Below are positions 10,020-19,265 of a stretch of DNA of 64,000 nucleotides, piece by piece. The position numbers and the translations under genes are program-made. The stretch is from Smithellaceae bacterium. GTDB taxonomy: Bacteria; Desulfobacterota; Syntrophia; Syntrophales; Smithellaceae. Below the pieces are notes generated by a model. It saw nothing but the letters and a program-made list of their open reading frames with translations. It was not told where the DNA came from and did not search any database. The stretch covers positions 1,056,001 to 1,120,000 of the forward strand of contig CAXXVL010000002.1 in NCBI GenBank assembly GCA_963667845.2. The letters run 5' to 3'. Positions within the stretch are counted from its first letter, which is position 1; the number at the start of each line of letters is the position of its first letter.

Positions 10020-11195
10020 ATGAAAAAATTCAAAATTAAAAAAACAATCCAGGAAATTAACGAGAAGATCAAAAAAGGATGCGCTGTTGTCGTCACCGCT
10101 GAGGAAATGATTGATGTGGTGGAAAAACACGGCGAGGTGGATGCCGCCCGTCGCATCGACGTTGTTACGACTGGAACGTTTGGGGCAATGTGTTCTTCCG
10201 GCGCCTTTCTGAATTTTGGACATACGTCTCCACGCATCCGGGCATCCAAGGTCTGGCTCAACGACGTCCCCGCTTATGGTGGCGTTGCGGCGGTTGATTG
10301 CTATTTAGGAGCGACAGAAGTGGTCGAAGGGGATCCACTGAACAGTGTTTATCCCGGTGAGTTTAACTATGGTGGCGGCCACGTTATTGAAGATCTGATA
10401 TCGGGCAATGTTGTGAAATTAAGAGCCGAGGGGTATGGAACAGATTGTTATCCATTACGAAAATTCGAAAAAAATATTACCATAAACGATTTGCGAGACG
10501 CTTTTCTCTTCAATCCCCGCAACGCCTACCAAAATTATAATTGCGCTGTGAATATGTCGGATACGACTATCTATACTTACATGGGGATGTTGCGTCCACG
10601 CATGGCTAATGCTTCGTATGCAACGTCCGGTCAACTCAGTCCGCTGTTTAATGATCCTTTCTACCGCACAATCGGTATTGGGACGCGGATTTTCTTGGGC
10701 GGAGCGCAGGGATTTGTTGCCTGGCCGGGCACACAGCACAATCCCCATGTGGCAAGAGGAGCCAATGGAGTGCCTAAAGAAGGCGCGGGCACTATAGCCG
10801 TCATTGGAAATTTGAAGGAAATGAGCCCTGAATGGCTGACCGGTGCCAGCATTTTGGGTTACGGAATTTCGCTTTTCGTCGGAATCGGTATTCCCATTCC
10901 TATTCTGGATGAAGATCTGGCACGATTTACTGCAGTGAAAGACGCAGATATTTATGCTCAGGTATATGATTACAGCATGGATTATCCAAAAGGCAATCCA
11001 AAACCGTTGGCGGAAGTCAGTTATCAGGATCTGCGCAGCGGTGTAATTAACATTGACAACAAAAAGGTTATTACTGCACCCATGTCCAGTTATTACAAAG
11101 CCAACCAAATTGCGAATATTCTTAAAGACTGGATAGAAAGCGGTAAATTCCTGCTAGGTGAACCGCAGCAGTCTTTGCCCTCAGTCACTTTGTGA
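10020..11195 (+). CDS. Homocysteine biosynthesis protein (DUF39, aspartate-semialdehyde sulfurtransferase-like)
   Basis: KTIQEINEKI, DVVTTGTFGAMCSSG, YGGGHVIEDL, GYGTDCYP, NPRNAYQNY, IGIGTRIFLGG. No C-terminal CBS pair. Confidence 0.88.
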   Translation: MKKFKIKKTIQEINEKIKKGCAVVVTAEEMIDVVEKHGEVDAARRIDVVTTGTFGAMCSSGAFLNFGHTSPRIRASKVWLNDVPAYGGVAAVDCYLGATEVVEGDPLNSVYPGEFNYGGGHVIEDLISGNVVKLRAEGYGTDCYPLRKFEKNITINDLRDAFLFNPRNAYQNYNCAVNMSDTTIYTYMGMLRPRMANASYATSGQLSPLFNDPFYRTIGIGTRIFLGGAQGFVAWPGTQHNPHVARGANGVPKEGAGTIAVIGNLKEMSPEWLTGASILGYGISLFVGIGIPIPILDEDLARFTAVKDADIYAQVYDYSMDYPKGNPKPLAEVSYQDLRSGVINIDNKKVITAPMSSYYKANQIANILKDWIESGKFLLGEPQQSLPSVTL

Positions 11196-11355
11196 TTTTC
11201 TGAAGATCCCGAATCTCTTATATAAATGACTTTCCTCCTATACTTTTTTTATTCAAATGATTGATGGTGATCATCATCACATAAAGATATCTTTATATTT
11301 AATATACTCCAGCAACCAGCCGATACTAAAATCAATGATATTGGTTATCGATTGC

Positions 11356-11390
11356 TGATATTAAGTAATATTAAGTGATATTGATAATGA
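11356..11390. repeat. 10-bp-phased degenerate direct repeats upstream of the HTH gene
   Basis: TGATATTAAG TAATATTAAG TGATATTGAT in a very AT-rich intergenic region. Confidence 0.5.
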
Positions 11391-11466
11391 TTAAATATTT
11401 TTCTTGACTTTTTCTTCTAATTATAGTTTTTTAGATACAAACTAAAAGGTATCACTTTAAACCATA

Positions 11467-11664
11467 ATGGAAAATGTCAAGAAAAATAGGGTAAAAACGT
11501 TTCGCGAATCCATTCCGCTCAGCGTTTCCGAACTTGCCCGGAAGGCCGAATTGACGCCACAGACGATTGCTAAAATGGAAAAGGGTTTACCAACACGCAA
11601 GAATTCGGAATTAAAAGTGGCCAAGGCCTTACATAAGGCTTATGAAGAAGTTTTTCCTGAGTAG
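11467..11664 (+). CDS. Small XRE/Cro-family helix-turn-helix protein
   Basis: NRVKTFRE...LSVSELARKAELTPQTIAKMEKG...KVAKAL. Confidence 0.85.
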   Translation: MENVKKNRVKTFRESIPLSVSELARKAELTPQTIAKMEKGLPTRKNSELKVAKALHKAYEEVFPE

Positions 11665-11710
11665 GACAGAAGGTAATTTATGATATTTTGCCTGGAGGCA
11701 TGGCTGTTAC

Positions 11711-11977
11711 ATGAAGATCGGCAGGTACTTAATTGCCTTTTTGTTTCTAATGGCTCTTCTCATTACGTTCGGCAATCGGGGGATTGTTGACAATTATTTA
11801 ATGGGCAAGAGACTCTCTCAGCTGAAAGAGGCTAATAATTCTCTTATGGAGCAAAACAAAGAGCTGGGAGGAAAGATACTTTTATTGCGGAGTGATCTGG
11901 CTTATATTGAGTCTATAGCGCGTAATGAGTTAGGGATGGTCAAAAAAGGAGACGTTGTTTACCGGCTGGCAAAATAG
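11711..11977 (+). CDS. ftsB: Septum formation initiator (FtsB/DivIC family)
   Basis: N-terminal TM, FGNRG, coiled coil, YIESIARNELGMVKKGD. Confidence 0.88.
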   Translation: MKIGRYLIAFLFLMALLITFGNRGIVDNYLMGKRLSQLKEANNSLMEQNKELGGKILLLRSDLAYIESIARNELGMVKKGDVVYRLAK

Positions 11978-12020
11978 CGGAGTGTTTTGATTCCGATAAA
12001 AATCACAAGACGGTGCTTTA

Positions 12021-13097
12021 ATGGATTTAAAAGAATTATTTTCAGGGTCAAAAAAACTTGTCGGTTTGGACATTGGTTCAAACTCTCTAAAGCTTGCAGA
12101 AATCATCAGCACATCTCATGGTCATATCCTTAACCGGTTCCGTCAAATCCCCGTTCCTCCCGGAATTATTGTTGACGGTGTTTTGGAGAACACCAGTGCT
12201 TTATCATCGATTGTCAAAGAACTTTTCCGTAATTCCGGATGTAAAGGAAAAGGAGTCGTCACTTCTCTTTCCGGCAGCTCCGTTATAGTTAAAAAAGTCA
12301 CCCTGGCCCAAATGGATGAAGCAGACTTGCGCGATTTAATTCGCGATGAAGCCGGCAAATATCTTCCTTTTGATAATATGGATGATGTGAATTATGACTT
12401 CCAGATACTGGGGGATAACGAATACAATCCAAATCAAATGGATGTTATCATTGTTGCCGCTAAAAAGACGGACGTCAGCAGCTATTTGGATGCGGTTACC
12501 GCAGCCGGTCTCGCCGTTATGATTATTGATGTGGATTCATTTGCACTGGAAACTATGTATGAAGCGAATTATGAATTTGAGGAAGACGAAATTATCGTCA
12601 TTGTCAACATTGGCGCCAGTCTAACAAATATTAATGTCATTAAGGGTGGAATGTCGATATTCACAAGAGATTTTACCATCGCTGGAAATGCGATCACAGA
12701 AGGTTTGCAGGAAAAATATCATGTATCCGCAGAAGAAGCGGAAAGAATGAAGATAGAAGGTATTCCTGGCAGTGAACAGGACAATGCAGATATTAGAAAT
12801 GCTATCTTGGATTGTGCTGAGCCGATATGTTCAGAAATCGAAAGATCTGTAGATTACTTCCGCTCAACGTTCGGCGGCGACTATATCAAGCGCGTATATC
12901 TATCCGGTGGGTCATCCAGGATCGCCGGTTTAAACAGCCATTTATCTCAGCGATTGAATATCGAGACGGAGTCAATTAATCCGCTGCTAAAAATCGGTTA
13001 TAACAAAAAAAATATAGATGCAGGAAAAATTGACAGCATCAAGACAATCGGTGCCGTGGCCATTGGGTTGGGTTTAAGGAAAATAGGTGATAAATGA
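12021..13097 (+). CDS. pilM: Type IV pilus assembly protein PilM
   Basis: LVGLDIGSNSLK, IIDVDSFAL, VNIGAS, EIERSVDYF, LSGGSS actin-like fold. Confidence 0.96.
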   Translation: MDLKELFSGSKKLVGLDIGSNSLKLAEIISTSHGHILNRFRQIPVPPGIIVDGVLENTSALSSIVKELFRNSGCKGKGVVTSLSGSSVIVKKVTLAQMDEADLRDLIRDEAGKYLPFDNMDDVNYDFQILGDNEYNPNQMDVIIVAAKKTDVSSYLDAVTAAGLAVMIIDVDSFALETMYEANYEFEEDEIIVIVNIGASLTNINVIKGGMSIFTRDFTIAGNAITEGLQEKYHVSAEEAERMKIEGIPGSEQDNADIRNAILDCAEPICSEIERSVDYFRSTFGGDYIKRVYLSGGSSRIAGLNSHLSQRLNIETESINPLLKIGYNKKNIDAGKIDSIKTIGAVAIGLGLRKIGDK

Positions 13098-13642
13098 TTA
13101 AGATTAATCTTTTACCTTACCGTGAAAAAGCAAAGAAAGAAAATCTTTCAAGACAAATAACTATAATTGTCGGGCTATTTGTCATTTTCATTCTGTGCCT
13201 TGTCTTGGTGCAGACCTATATGGTTTCCGAAGTAACAGCATTGGAAGCGAAACTTAAAGAGTCCAATCAAATTTTAAAGATATTGAACGACAAAGTAGGC
13301 GATTTAGAAAAAGTTAAACTCAAGAAGGCTGAATTGGAGTTAAAACTGGGTGTAATCGCTACGCTGGAAGAAAATCGTATATTGCCGGTGAAGACACTGG
13401 ATGATTTATCAATGCTTGTTCCGCAAAAAAACATTTGGCTGGTAAAAATTGCACAAAGTGGTGACGGTCTGACAATAGAAGGAATTGGAAGTGATAATAT
13501 CGCCGCCGCTGATTTTATGAAAACCATTGAGAATTTTTCTGCAATCAAGTCGGTCGACTTAATTTCTTCAAAAAAAGTTGAAGTTGCGGGGGTAACTCTG
13601 CAGCGGTTTATCTTTGCCTGCAAAATGAAAAAGGGATTCTAA
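13094..13642 (+). CDS. pilN: Type IV pilus assembly protein PilN
   Basis: MIKINLLPYRE signature, then TM and coiled coil. Confidence 0.95.
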   Translation: MIKINLLPYREKAKKENLSRQITIIVGLFVIFILCLVLVQTYMVSEVTALEAKLKESNQILKILNDKVGDLEKVKLKKAELELKLGVIATLEENRILPVKTLDDLSMLVPQKNIWLVKIAQSGDGLTIEGIGSDNIAAADFMKTIENFSAIKSVDLISSKKVEVAGVTLQRFIFACKMKKGF

Positions 13643-13645
13643 ATT

Positions 13646-14398
13646 ATGGCCATCACCATTAATGATATCAAAAAATTGTCTCCGCAGGCCAAAGCTCTGA
13701 TTGTCATCTTGGTAATCTTCATCATCAGCTATCTATATTATTTCTACTTTTTGTCTGACACTCTGACTAAAAAGTCAAAGCTCGAAAAAGATTACCAGGA
13801 CGTTCAACTGCAAATTAAGCAAAAAGAAAAAGTTGCGATACAATTGGTTAAATATAAAGCTGATGTCGCAGCCCTGGAAGAAAATTACAAAGTGGCTTTA
13901 TTGAAGCTCCCGGACCAGCGGGAAATCCCCGGTCTTTTTCATTCGGTTGCTTTGGCCGGAAGAGATGCGGGCGTTGAATTTCAATTGTTTGAGCCCAAAG
14001 CCTCTGTGCCGAAAACCCTTGATAAAGCAGAGACTGGCATTCCCAAAACTGCGGCCATGATTAAGCCGTCAGACCAGAAGCAGGCCGGAGCGCCTGCGCC
14101 TGCAGCAGAAGCGAAAAAACCACCCGTCAAGGGTAACGCCAAACAGCCGGAACCGGAACCTTTCTATGAGGAAATACCCGTCAAGGTGACAGTAACCGGC
14201 AATTTTCAGAATGTCGTGAGCTTTTTCGAGAAAGTGGCCAAGTTACCTCGTATTGTTAATATCTCCGATATTTCTATTGGTGATCGGAAAGAAATTAAGG
14301 GACGAGGATATCTCCTTACAACATCCTGTACTGTTAAAACATACATGTTTGTTGATAAACAAGAAAAGACAAGTGAAAAGAAAAATGAAAAAAAATAA
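13646..14398 (+). CDS. pilO: Type IV pilus assembly protein PilO
   Basis: TM, LPDQREIPGL, FYEEIPV, FFEKVAKLPRIVNI; contains a Pro/Ala/Lys-rich insertion. Confidence 0.93.
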   Translation: MAITINDIKKLSPQAKALIVILVIFIISYLYYFYFLSDTLTKKSKLEKDYQDVQLQIKQKEKVAIQLVKYKADVAALEENYKVALLKLPDQREIPGLFHSVALAGRDAGVEFQLFEPKASVPKTLDKAETGIPKTAAMIKPSDQKQAGAPAPAAEAKKPPVKGNAKQPEPEPFYEEIPVKVTVTGNFQNVVSFFEKVAKLPRIVNISDISIGDRKEIKGRGYLLTTSCTVKTYMFVDKQEKTSEKKNEKK

Positions 14399-14906
14399 GA
14401 TTATTCTCTTTTGCATTGTGTTGATTCTTTTTTCAACAGCTATCTGTGCTTTTTGTATAGAAGTAAAGAAACCAGCGCCACAGACTTTGTCCCCCACACG
14501 CGGCACCGTTCAGCCGCCAGTGCAGCCGCCTTCTGCGCCGCAAGTTGCACCAGTGCCCGATAATGCATATAGCTATAATCCATTGGGCAAACCGGATCCC
14601 TTCAAGCCGTTTATTGATGTAGAAATCAAAGCAGCCAAAAAAGAAAAGAGCAAAATAGAGTCCATTTTCCCTCTGCAGAGAGCGGAAGTAGAAAATTTCA
14701 AACTTGTCGGAATTGTCGGCGATGAGGCGCGTCGCGTCGCCGTGGTTGAAGATTCTAATAAAAAATTCTACCCGCTGTTTATTGGTACAAGAATCGGTCT
14801 TCATGATGGAAAGGTGACTGATATACTGGCCGACAGGGTGACAGTGGATGAATTGGACGGAAAAAAGATTAAAAGAATTATTTTGAAACTGCGCAAAAAC
14901 ATATAA
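14385..14906 (+). CDS. pilP: Type IV pilus assembly protein PilP
   Basis: Signal peptide, YNPLGKPDPFKPF, PLQRAEVENFKLVGIV, GTRIG. Start moved to ATG 14385. Confidence 0.92.
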   Translation: MKKNKIILFCIVLILFSTAICAFCIEVKKPAPQTLSPTRGTVQPPVQPPSAPQVAPVPDNAYSYNPLGKPDPFKPFIDVEIKAAKKEKSKIESIFPLQRAEVENFKLVGIVGDEARRVAVVEDSNKKFYPLFIGTRIGLHDGKVTDILADRVTVDELDGKKIKRIILKLRKNI

Positions 14907-14918
14907 TGAGGTAATGTC

Positions 14919-16709
14919 ATGAAAAAATATATATCCAAGATAATCTCTGCTTTCATCATTCTTTGGATTATTTTATGTTCACCGCTTGGAGTGTTTACAG
15001 GCTTAAGTGCAGATCAAAATAAAATCTCCGCGACCGAAAAAGAAGCGGCAAGTGTAGGTTACCTGGAGAATATCTTATTCGACAAGTCTCCCGGTCGCGA
15101 AAGAGTGAGTCTTGTTGTATCTCATCAGCCCGCGATTGCTCCACCCTCCATTCAGGCGGATAATAGTTTGCTCATCAGACTGGAAAACATGTTTGTACCG
15201 GACAGTATGCGCGAGACACTGGGAGCCGGACAGTTGCTTAATGTGACTGGCGCGCGGGCGCAACAGCAGACGGCCGCTGGAAAACAGTGGATCAATCTTA
15301 GAATTAACCTTAAAGAAAATGTGCCTTATTCCATACGGCAAGAAGGGAAAGCCGTCATTATTGATTTCAACATTTCCAGTATTGAAGCAAAATTAAGAGC
15401 CGAAAATCAAAAGGATGCTGTGAAAGGAAGAGGAATATCGTCTACCGATGACGATATCAGTGGGGAAGGCGACATAAGAAAGCCAGGCAGACGCGACGCG
15501 GCAAGAAAAAACTCCGGTCGCATCATATCGCTTGATTTCCAGGATGCAGACATTAAGAGTGTTTTGCGGCTCATGTCTGAATACGGCAATGTAAGTATCA
15601 TTTCCGGCGACGATGTCAGGGGAAACGTTACGTTGACAATGAAAAATGTTCCCTGGGAACAGGCGTTGGATTCCATATTGGATATTCATGGCCTTGCCAA
15701 AAAACAAATGGGTGATGTCATCAGCGTTATGACGAACGACAGAAAGAAAAAAGAGGAAGCCGATAAAGCGTCAGCGGAACTGAGTCAGGTTAAAGCGGAA
15801 GAAACCCGCAAGGCAAGAGAGCTGCAAGTATTGGTCGAAAAAGGAAAGTTACGTCAAATATTGATTGAAGCAAAAATTGTGGAGGCTACAGAAGAGTTCG
15901 TTAGAAACCTTGGCATCCAGTGGGGTTTCGGCAATAACTCATCCATAGGATCCTATGGTTTGGGGCTGGCCGCCGGTACAAATCCCCTCACTCAAACCAG
16001 AACCGGGTTGATTTCGTATCCCCCAGAAATTACAGGAACCTCCTTAAGTGCGTTGACAATGGCTGCGGTGAATTTTCCCGCCAGTGTGCTCGGACCGACG
16101 TTTGGCCTTGTTTTTGGCGGCGCACGCGGTTTCATTGAGACCCAGCTTTCCGCCTTAGAGACAACAACCCAAGGGAAAATTATTTCGTCACCCAAAGTTG
16201 TGACTATGGACAATGTAAAAGCTGTCATCAAACAAGGTGATGAGGTTCCTTATGTCACACCGGCCTCCGGCACGTCACCTGCGACCGTCACTTTTAAAGA
16301 GGCGGTTTTGCGGCTGGAAGTAAAACCGAAAATCACGGATGAAGGCCGTATTTCCATGGAAATCAAAGCGACGAATGACACACCGGACTATGCACAAGGA
16401 CAGTTACTTCAGGGCAATCCGCCTATTCGTAAAAATGAAGTTGAATCCAAGATAGTGGTACAAGACGGTGATACCGTCGTAATAGGCGGTGTATATCGAG
16501 ATCAGGAAGATAAAAGTGTTTCTGGTATCCCCTGGGCTTATAAAATCCCGGTTTTGGGATGGCTGTTTAAAACTGAAAATATCTCGAAGCAAAAAAGACA
16601 GTTGATGATATTTATTACTCCGAAGATATTGTCGGGGTCCGGATATATTGAAGATGAATGCAATGCGACAAATCTGGAAAATTTAGATCGCTGCCGCAAT
16701 CGAAAATAG
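14919..16709 (+). CDS. pilQ: Type IV pilus secretin PilQ
   Basis: Signal peptide, AMIN-like region, ISLDFQDADI/VPWEQALD N0 domain, ILIEAKIVEA, secretin domain (GDTVVIGG, IPVLGWLF, IFITPKI). Confidence 0.95.
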   Translation: MKKYISKIISAFIILWIILCSPLGVFTGLSADQNKISATEKEAASVGYLENILFDKSPGRERVSLVVSHQPAIAPPSIQADNSLLIRLENMFVPDSMRETLGAGQLLNVTGARAQQQTAAGKQWINLRINLKENVPYSIRQEGKAVIIDFNISSIEAKLRAENQKDAVKGRGISSTDDDISGEGDIRKPGRRDAARKNSGRIISLDFQDADIKSVLRLMSEYGNVSIISGDDVRGNVTLTMKNVPWEQALDSILDIHGLAKKQMGDVISVMTNDRKKKEEADKASAELSQVKAEETRKARELQVLVEKGKLRQILIEAKIVEATEEFVRNLGIQWGFGNNSSIGSYGLGLAAGTNPLTQTRTGLISYPPEITGTSLSALTMAAVNFPASVLGPTFGLVFGGARGFIETQLSALETTTQGKIISSPKVVTMDNVKAVIKQGDEVPYVTPASGTSPATVTFKEAVLRLEVKPKITDEGRISMEIKATNDTPDYAQGQLLQGNPPIRKNEVESKIVVQDGDTVVIGGVYRDQEDKSVSGIPWAYKIPVLGWLFKTENISKQKRQLMIFITPKILSGSGYIEDECNATNLENLDRCRNRK

Positions 16710-16730
16710 TCTAGAACTTAACATAATCCA

Positions 16731-16767
16731 GAATCCCTCTTCACGAAATGTGCCGAGGGATTTTTTT
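16731..16767 (+). terminator. Intrinsic terminator after pilQ
   Basis: GAATCCCTC/GAGGGATTT stem followed by a T7 run. Confidence 0.65.
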
Positions 16768-16814
16768 CGCAACTTAGAAGTGATTTCACTCAATTTTAAT
16801 GGAATGATTAAACC

Positions 16815-17576
16815 ATGAAGCTTAAGACCATACTCGCTATAACACTCTTGCTGTGCTCATTATTTCTCATCTCCTGCACCAACACACCGTGGCATAGAGA
16901 TCAGGCAGATGCTTATTTAAAGAAAGGGATGTCGCTCATTGAAGCCGGGCAATACATCGGCGCGCTTAAAGAATTATCGGAAGCGGAGAAATATGCACCC
17001 GATAATCCCGAAATTAATTACTACTTAGGAGTTGCCTATCACGGACGCGGTCTGCGCGACATGGCCATGGAACGCTTCCAGAGAGCAATAGCCTTGAAGA
17101 AGGACTATTCTGAAGCCCATAATTATTTAGGTGCCATCTATATGGACATGGGTCAATGGGATAAGGCCATTGACTCGTTCGATAATGCGCTGAAAAATTA
17201 TCTTTATGCGACACCGGCGCTTGCTCTTTATAATTCCGGCTGGGCATACTATAACCTGCAGAAATATGATATGGCGTTGTCGCGGTACAGGCAGGCATCA
17301 CAACAGGACAGAACGGGAGTTTTGCAGGCACAGATTGAAAAGAATATCGGTTTGATATACGTAAAACAATCTAACCTGATCGAGGCGAAGAATCATTTTG
17401 AGAAATCTGTCGAGCTGAATCCGTCTCTATATGACGCTCAATTTTTTCTCGCCGAGACTTATCTAAAAATCAGAGATACGGGAAAAGCAAAGAAATCTTT
17501 TCAGCAAGTCATCCGAGTTGCCCCTCAATCGTCTTTTGCTCAAAGGGCGAGGGAGTATTTACAGTCTCTGAAATGA
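16815..17576 (+). CDS. TPR lipoprotein, PilF/PilW/Tgl-like pilotin
   Basis: Lipobox-like LISC, multiple TPRs (YSEAHNYLGAIY, NYLYATP), adjacent to pilQ. Confidence 0.8.
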   Translation: MKLKTILAITLLLCSLFLISCTNTPWHRDQADAYLKKGMSLIEAGQYIGALKELSEAEKYAPDNPEINYYLGVAYHGRGLRDMAMERFQRAIALKKDYSEAHNYLGAIYMDMGQWDKAIDSFDNALKNYLYATPALALYNSGWAYYNLQKYDMALSRYRQASQQDRTGVLQAQIEKNIGLIYVKQSNLIEAKNHFEKSVELNPSLYDAQFFLAETYLKIRDTGKAKKSFQQVIRVAPQSSFAQRAREYLQSLK

Positions 17577-17669
17577 TAATCTCATAAGTCTATGACCGTC
17601 TGGGAACTTTTCAGCGTGTCAGCGTTGGGTCTGAAAAGAGAACGTCTTTCATTCTCTTTTCAAAAGTAT

Positions 17670-18160
17670 ATGAGAAATTTATCTTTAGCCAGAGATCATC
17701 TTGTCCTCCTCGTTCAATACAAAAATACTTTTTCAAAATAAAATGTATGACGATGCTCTTGTTTTAGCTAAACTCCGATTAAACCTTTTTCTGCTGGAAT
17801 TCGACGCATACGGGCAGCTGGTGAGGTGCTCATCCAACTGGAAAGAATAGCTGAAGCTCCTGACTTGCTGGGCGAGACGAGCGGAAGGTTTCCGATTTAT
17901 CCCTCACTCTCTACCGGGTGAGCAAATTAGTCGCAGAAAAAACCGGAAAAAGAATACGGCATCCTGTTGACGGATGATAAAAAAACTCTTGATCGTGTTA
18001 CTGACAGTGATAATGATTCATCAGGTGAAAAGACGATCATTGAAATCCAGCAAGAAATTGATTGCCGGGGTGAACGATCGTACACGTCCCTCCATCGCGG
18101 CACTTGGTTGAGACACACTCAGGATAGCTATCCTCGATTTAAAGGATCAAGACGTATGGT
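17670..18160 (+). pseudogene. Possible decayed TPR-protein gene
   Basis: Fragments in shifting frames look TPR-like: MYDDALVLAKLRL..DAY / GEVLIQLERIAEA.DLL / ..NTASC* / LVETHSG*LSSI*RIK. No intact ORF. Confidence 0.4.
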
Positions 18161-19247
18161 ACGCAAAATATCTAACTCTCCTCTCCCCAGGATACAGACT
18201 GTCCGTGAAATCCTGCTTCGGAACCGGGTTGACGGCATCATATTTTCCAATATGAGCAATATCCGCTACCTGTCGGGATTTAGCGGCAGTGATGGAATCC
18301 TGATCATCAGTTCAGACAGTGCGTGTTTGCTTGTCGATGGCCGTTATACAACGCAAGCCGCAGCCGAAGCTCAGCATATTTCCATCAGCGAATATCAGAA
18401 TAAAGTTCAGGGAATCGAACGCGCGGCGAAGGAGTTGGGTCTGAAGAAAATCGGCTTTGAAGCTGCTTTTGTTAGTGTGGAAATATACGATGATTTAGTT
18501 CGGCGATTCAGCAACAAGGCGAAGCTTGTTTCGTTTGGAAAAGAGTTGGGATCGCTTCGGGCATGCAAAGAAATACGCGAGATTCAAACGATGAAAAAAG
18601 CTGCGGCCATAGCTTCTGCAGCCGTGGCCAAAATCGTCCGTGAAATAAAACCGGGATGGACGGAACAAGAAGTGGCACTGCAGTTGGAAGTGGCGGCACG
18701 CCGGTCGGGAGCCGAACAGCTGGCATTTGAAACGATTGTTGCTTCGGGGGAAAATGCGGCGCTGCCTCATGCAAAGCCTTCGCATCGGGAAATTAGAAAA
18801 GGGGACTTCGTCGTTATTGATTTCGGCGTCAAATATCAAGGTTACTGTTCTGATGAGACTTGCACATTTGCAATTGGGGAATTGACAGCCGTTCAAAAAA
18901 ATGCTTATCGTGCGGTGCTGCGCGCTCATGATGAAGCGATTGCTTCCATCCGGGCAGGCGTAGCTGCGGCTGATGTGGATGCCTTGACTCGCCGCGTATT
19001 GGGTGAAGAATACGGCCGCTATTTTATTCATGGGACAGGTCATGGTGTTGGCCTGGACGTTCATGAAGCGCCGCGCGTAGCACCGGGTTCGCAAGATATC
19101 CTGACCGCCGGAATGGTCGTCACCGTCGAGCCCGGTCTTTACTTCCCGGGTCTGTGGGGAATTCGCATCGAGGACACGGTGTTAGTCAAAAAAAATAGTT
19201 GCGAAATAATTACAAAGATGAATAAAAAACTCATCACTATTTCATAA
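18156..19247 (+). CDS. Xaa-Pro aminopeptidase (M24B)
   Basis: NIRYLSGFSG, DGRYTTQA, PHAKP, IDFG..YQGYCSD, HGTGHGVGLDVHE, TVEPGLY, GIRIED. ATG 18156 follows AAGGA. Confidence 0.95.
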   Translation: MVRKISNSPLPRIQTVREILLRNRVDGIIFSNMSNIRYLSGFSGSDGILIISSDSACLLVDGRYTTQAAAEAQHISISEYQNKVQGIERAAKELGLKKIGFEAAFVSVEIYDDLVRRFSNKAKLVSFGKELGSLRACKEIREIQTMKKAAAIASAAVAKIVREIKPGWTEQEVALQLEVAARRSGAEQLAFETIVASGENAALPHAKPSHREIRKGDFVVIDFGVKYQGYCSDETCTFAIGELTAVQKNAYRAVLRAHDEAIASIRAGVAAADVDALTRRVLGEEYGRYFIHGTGHGVGLDVHEAPRVAPGSQDILTAGMVVTVEPGLYFPGLWGIRIEDTVLVKKNSCEIITKMNKKLITIS

Positions 19248-19265
19248 ATTTGAGGTTATGCTGTT

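Noticed and set aside
14385..14397. A8 run at the pilP start as a phase-variation tract
   Set aside because: Short, and typical of Lys-rich signal peptide starts in AT-rich genes.
17967..18155. N-terminal extension of the Xaa-Pro peptidase ORF
   Set aside because: TTG start without an SD; family similarity begins near ATG 18156.
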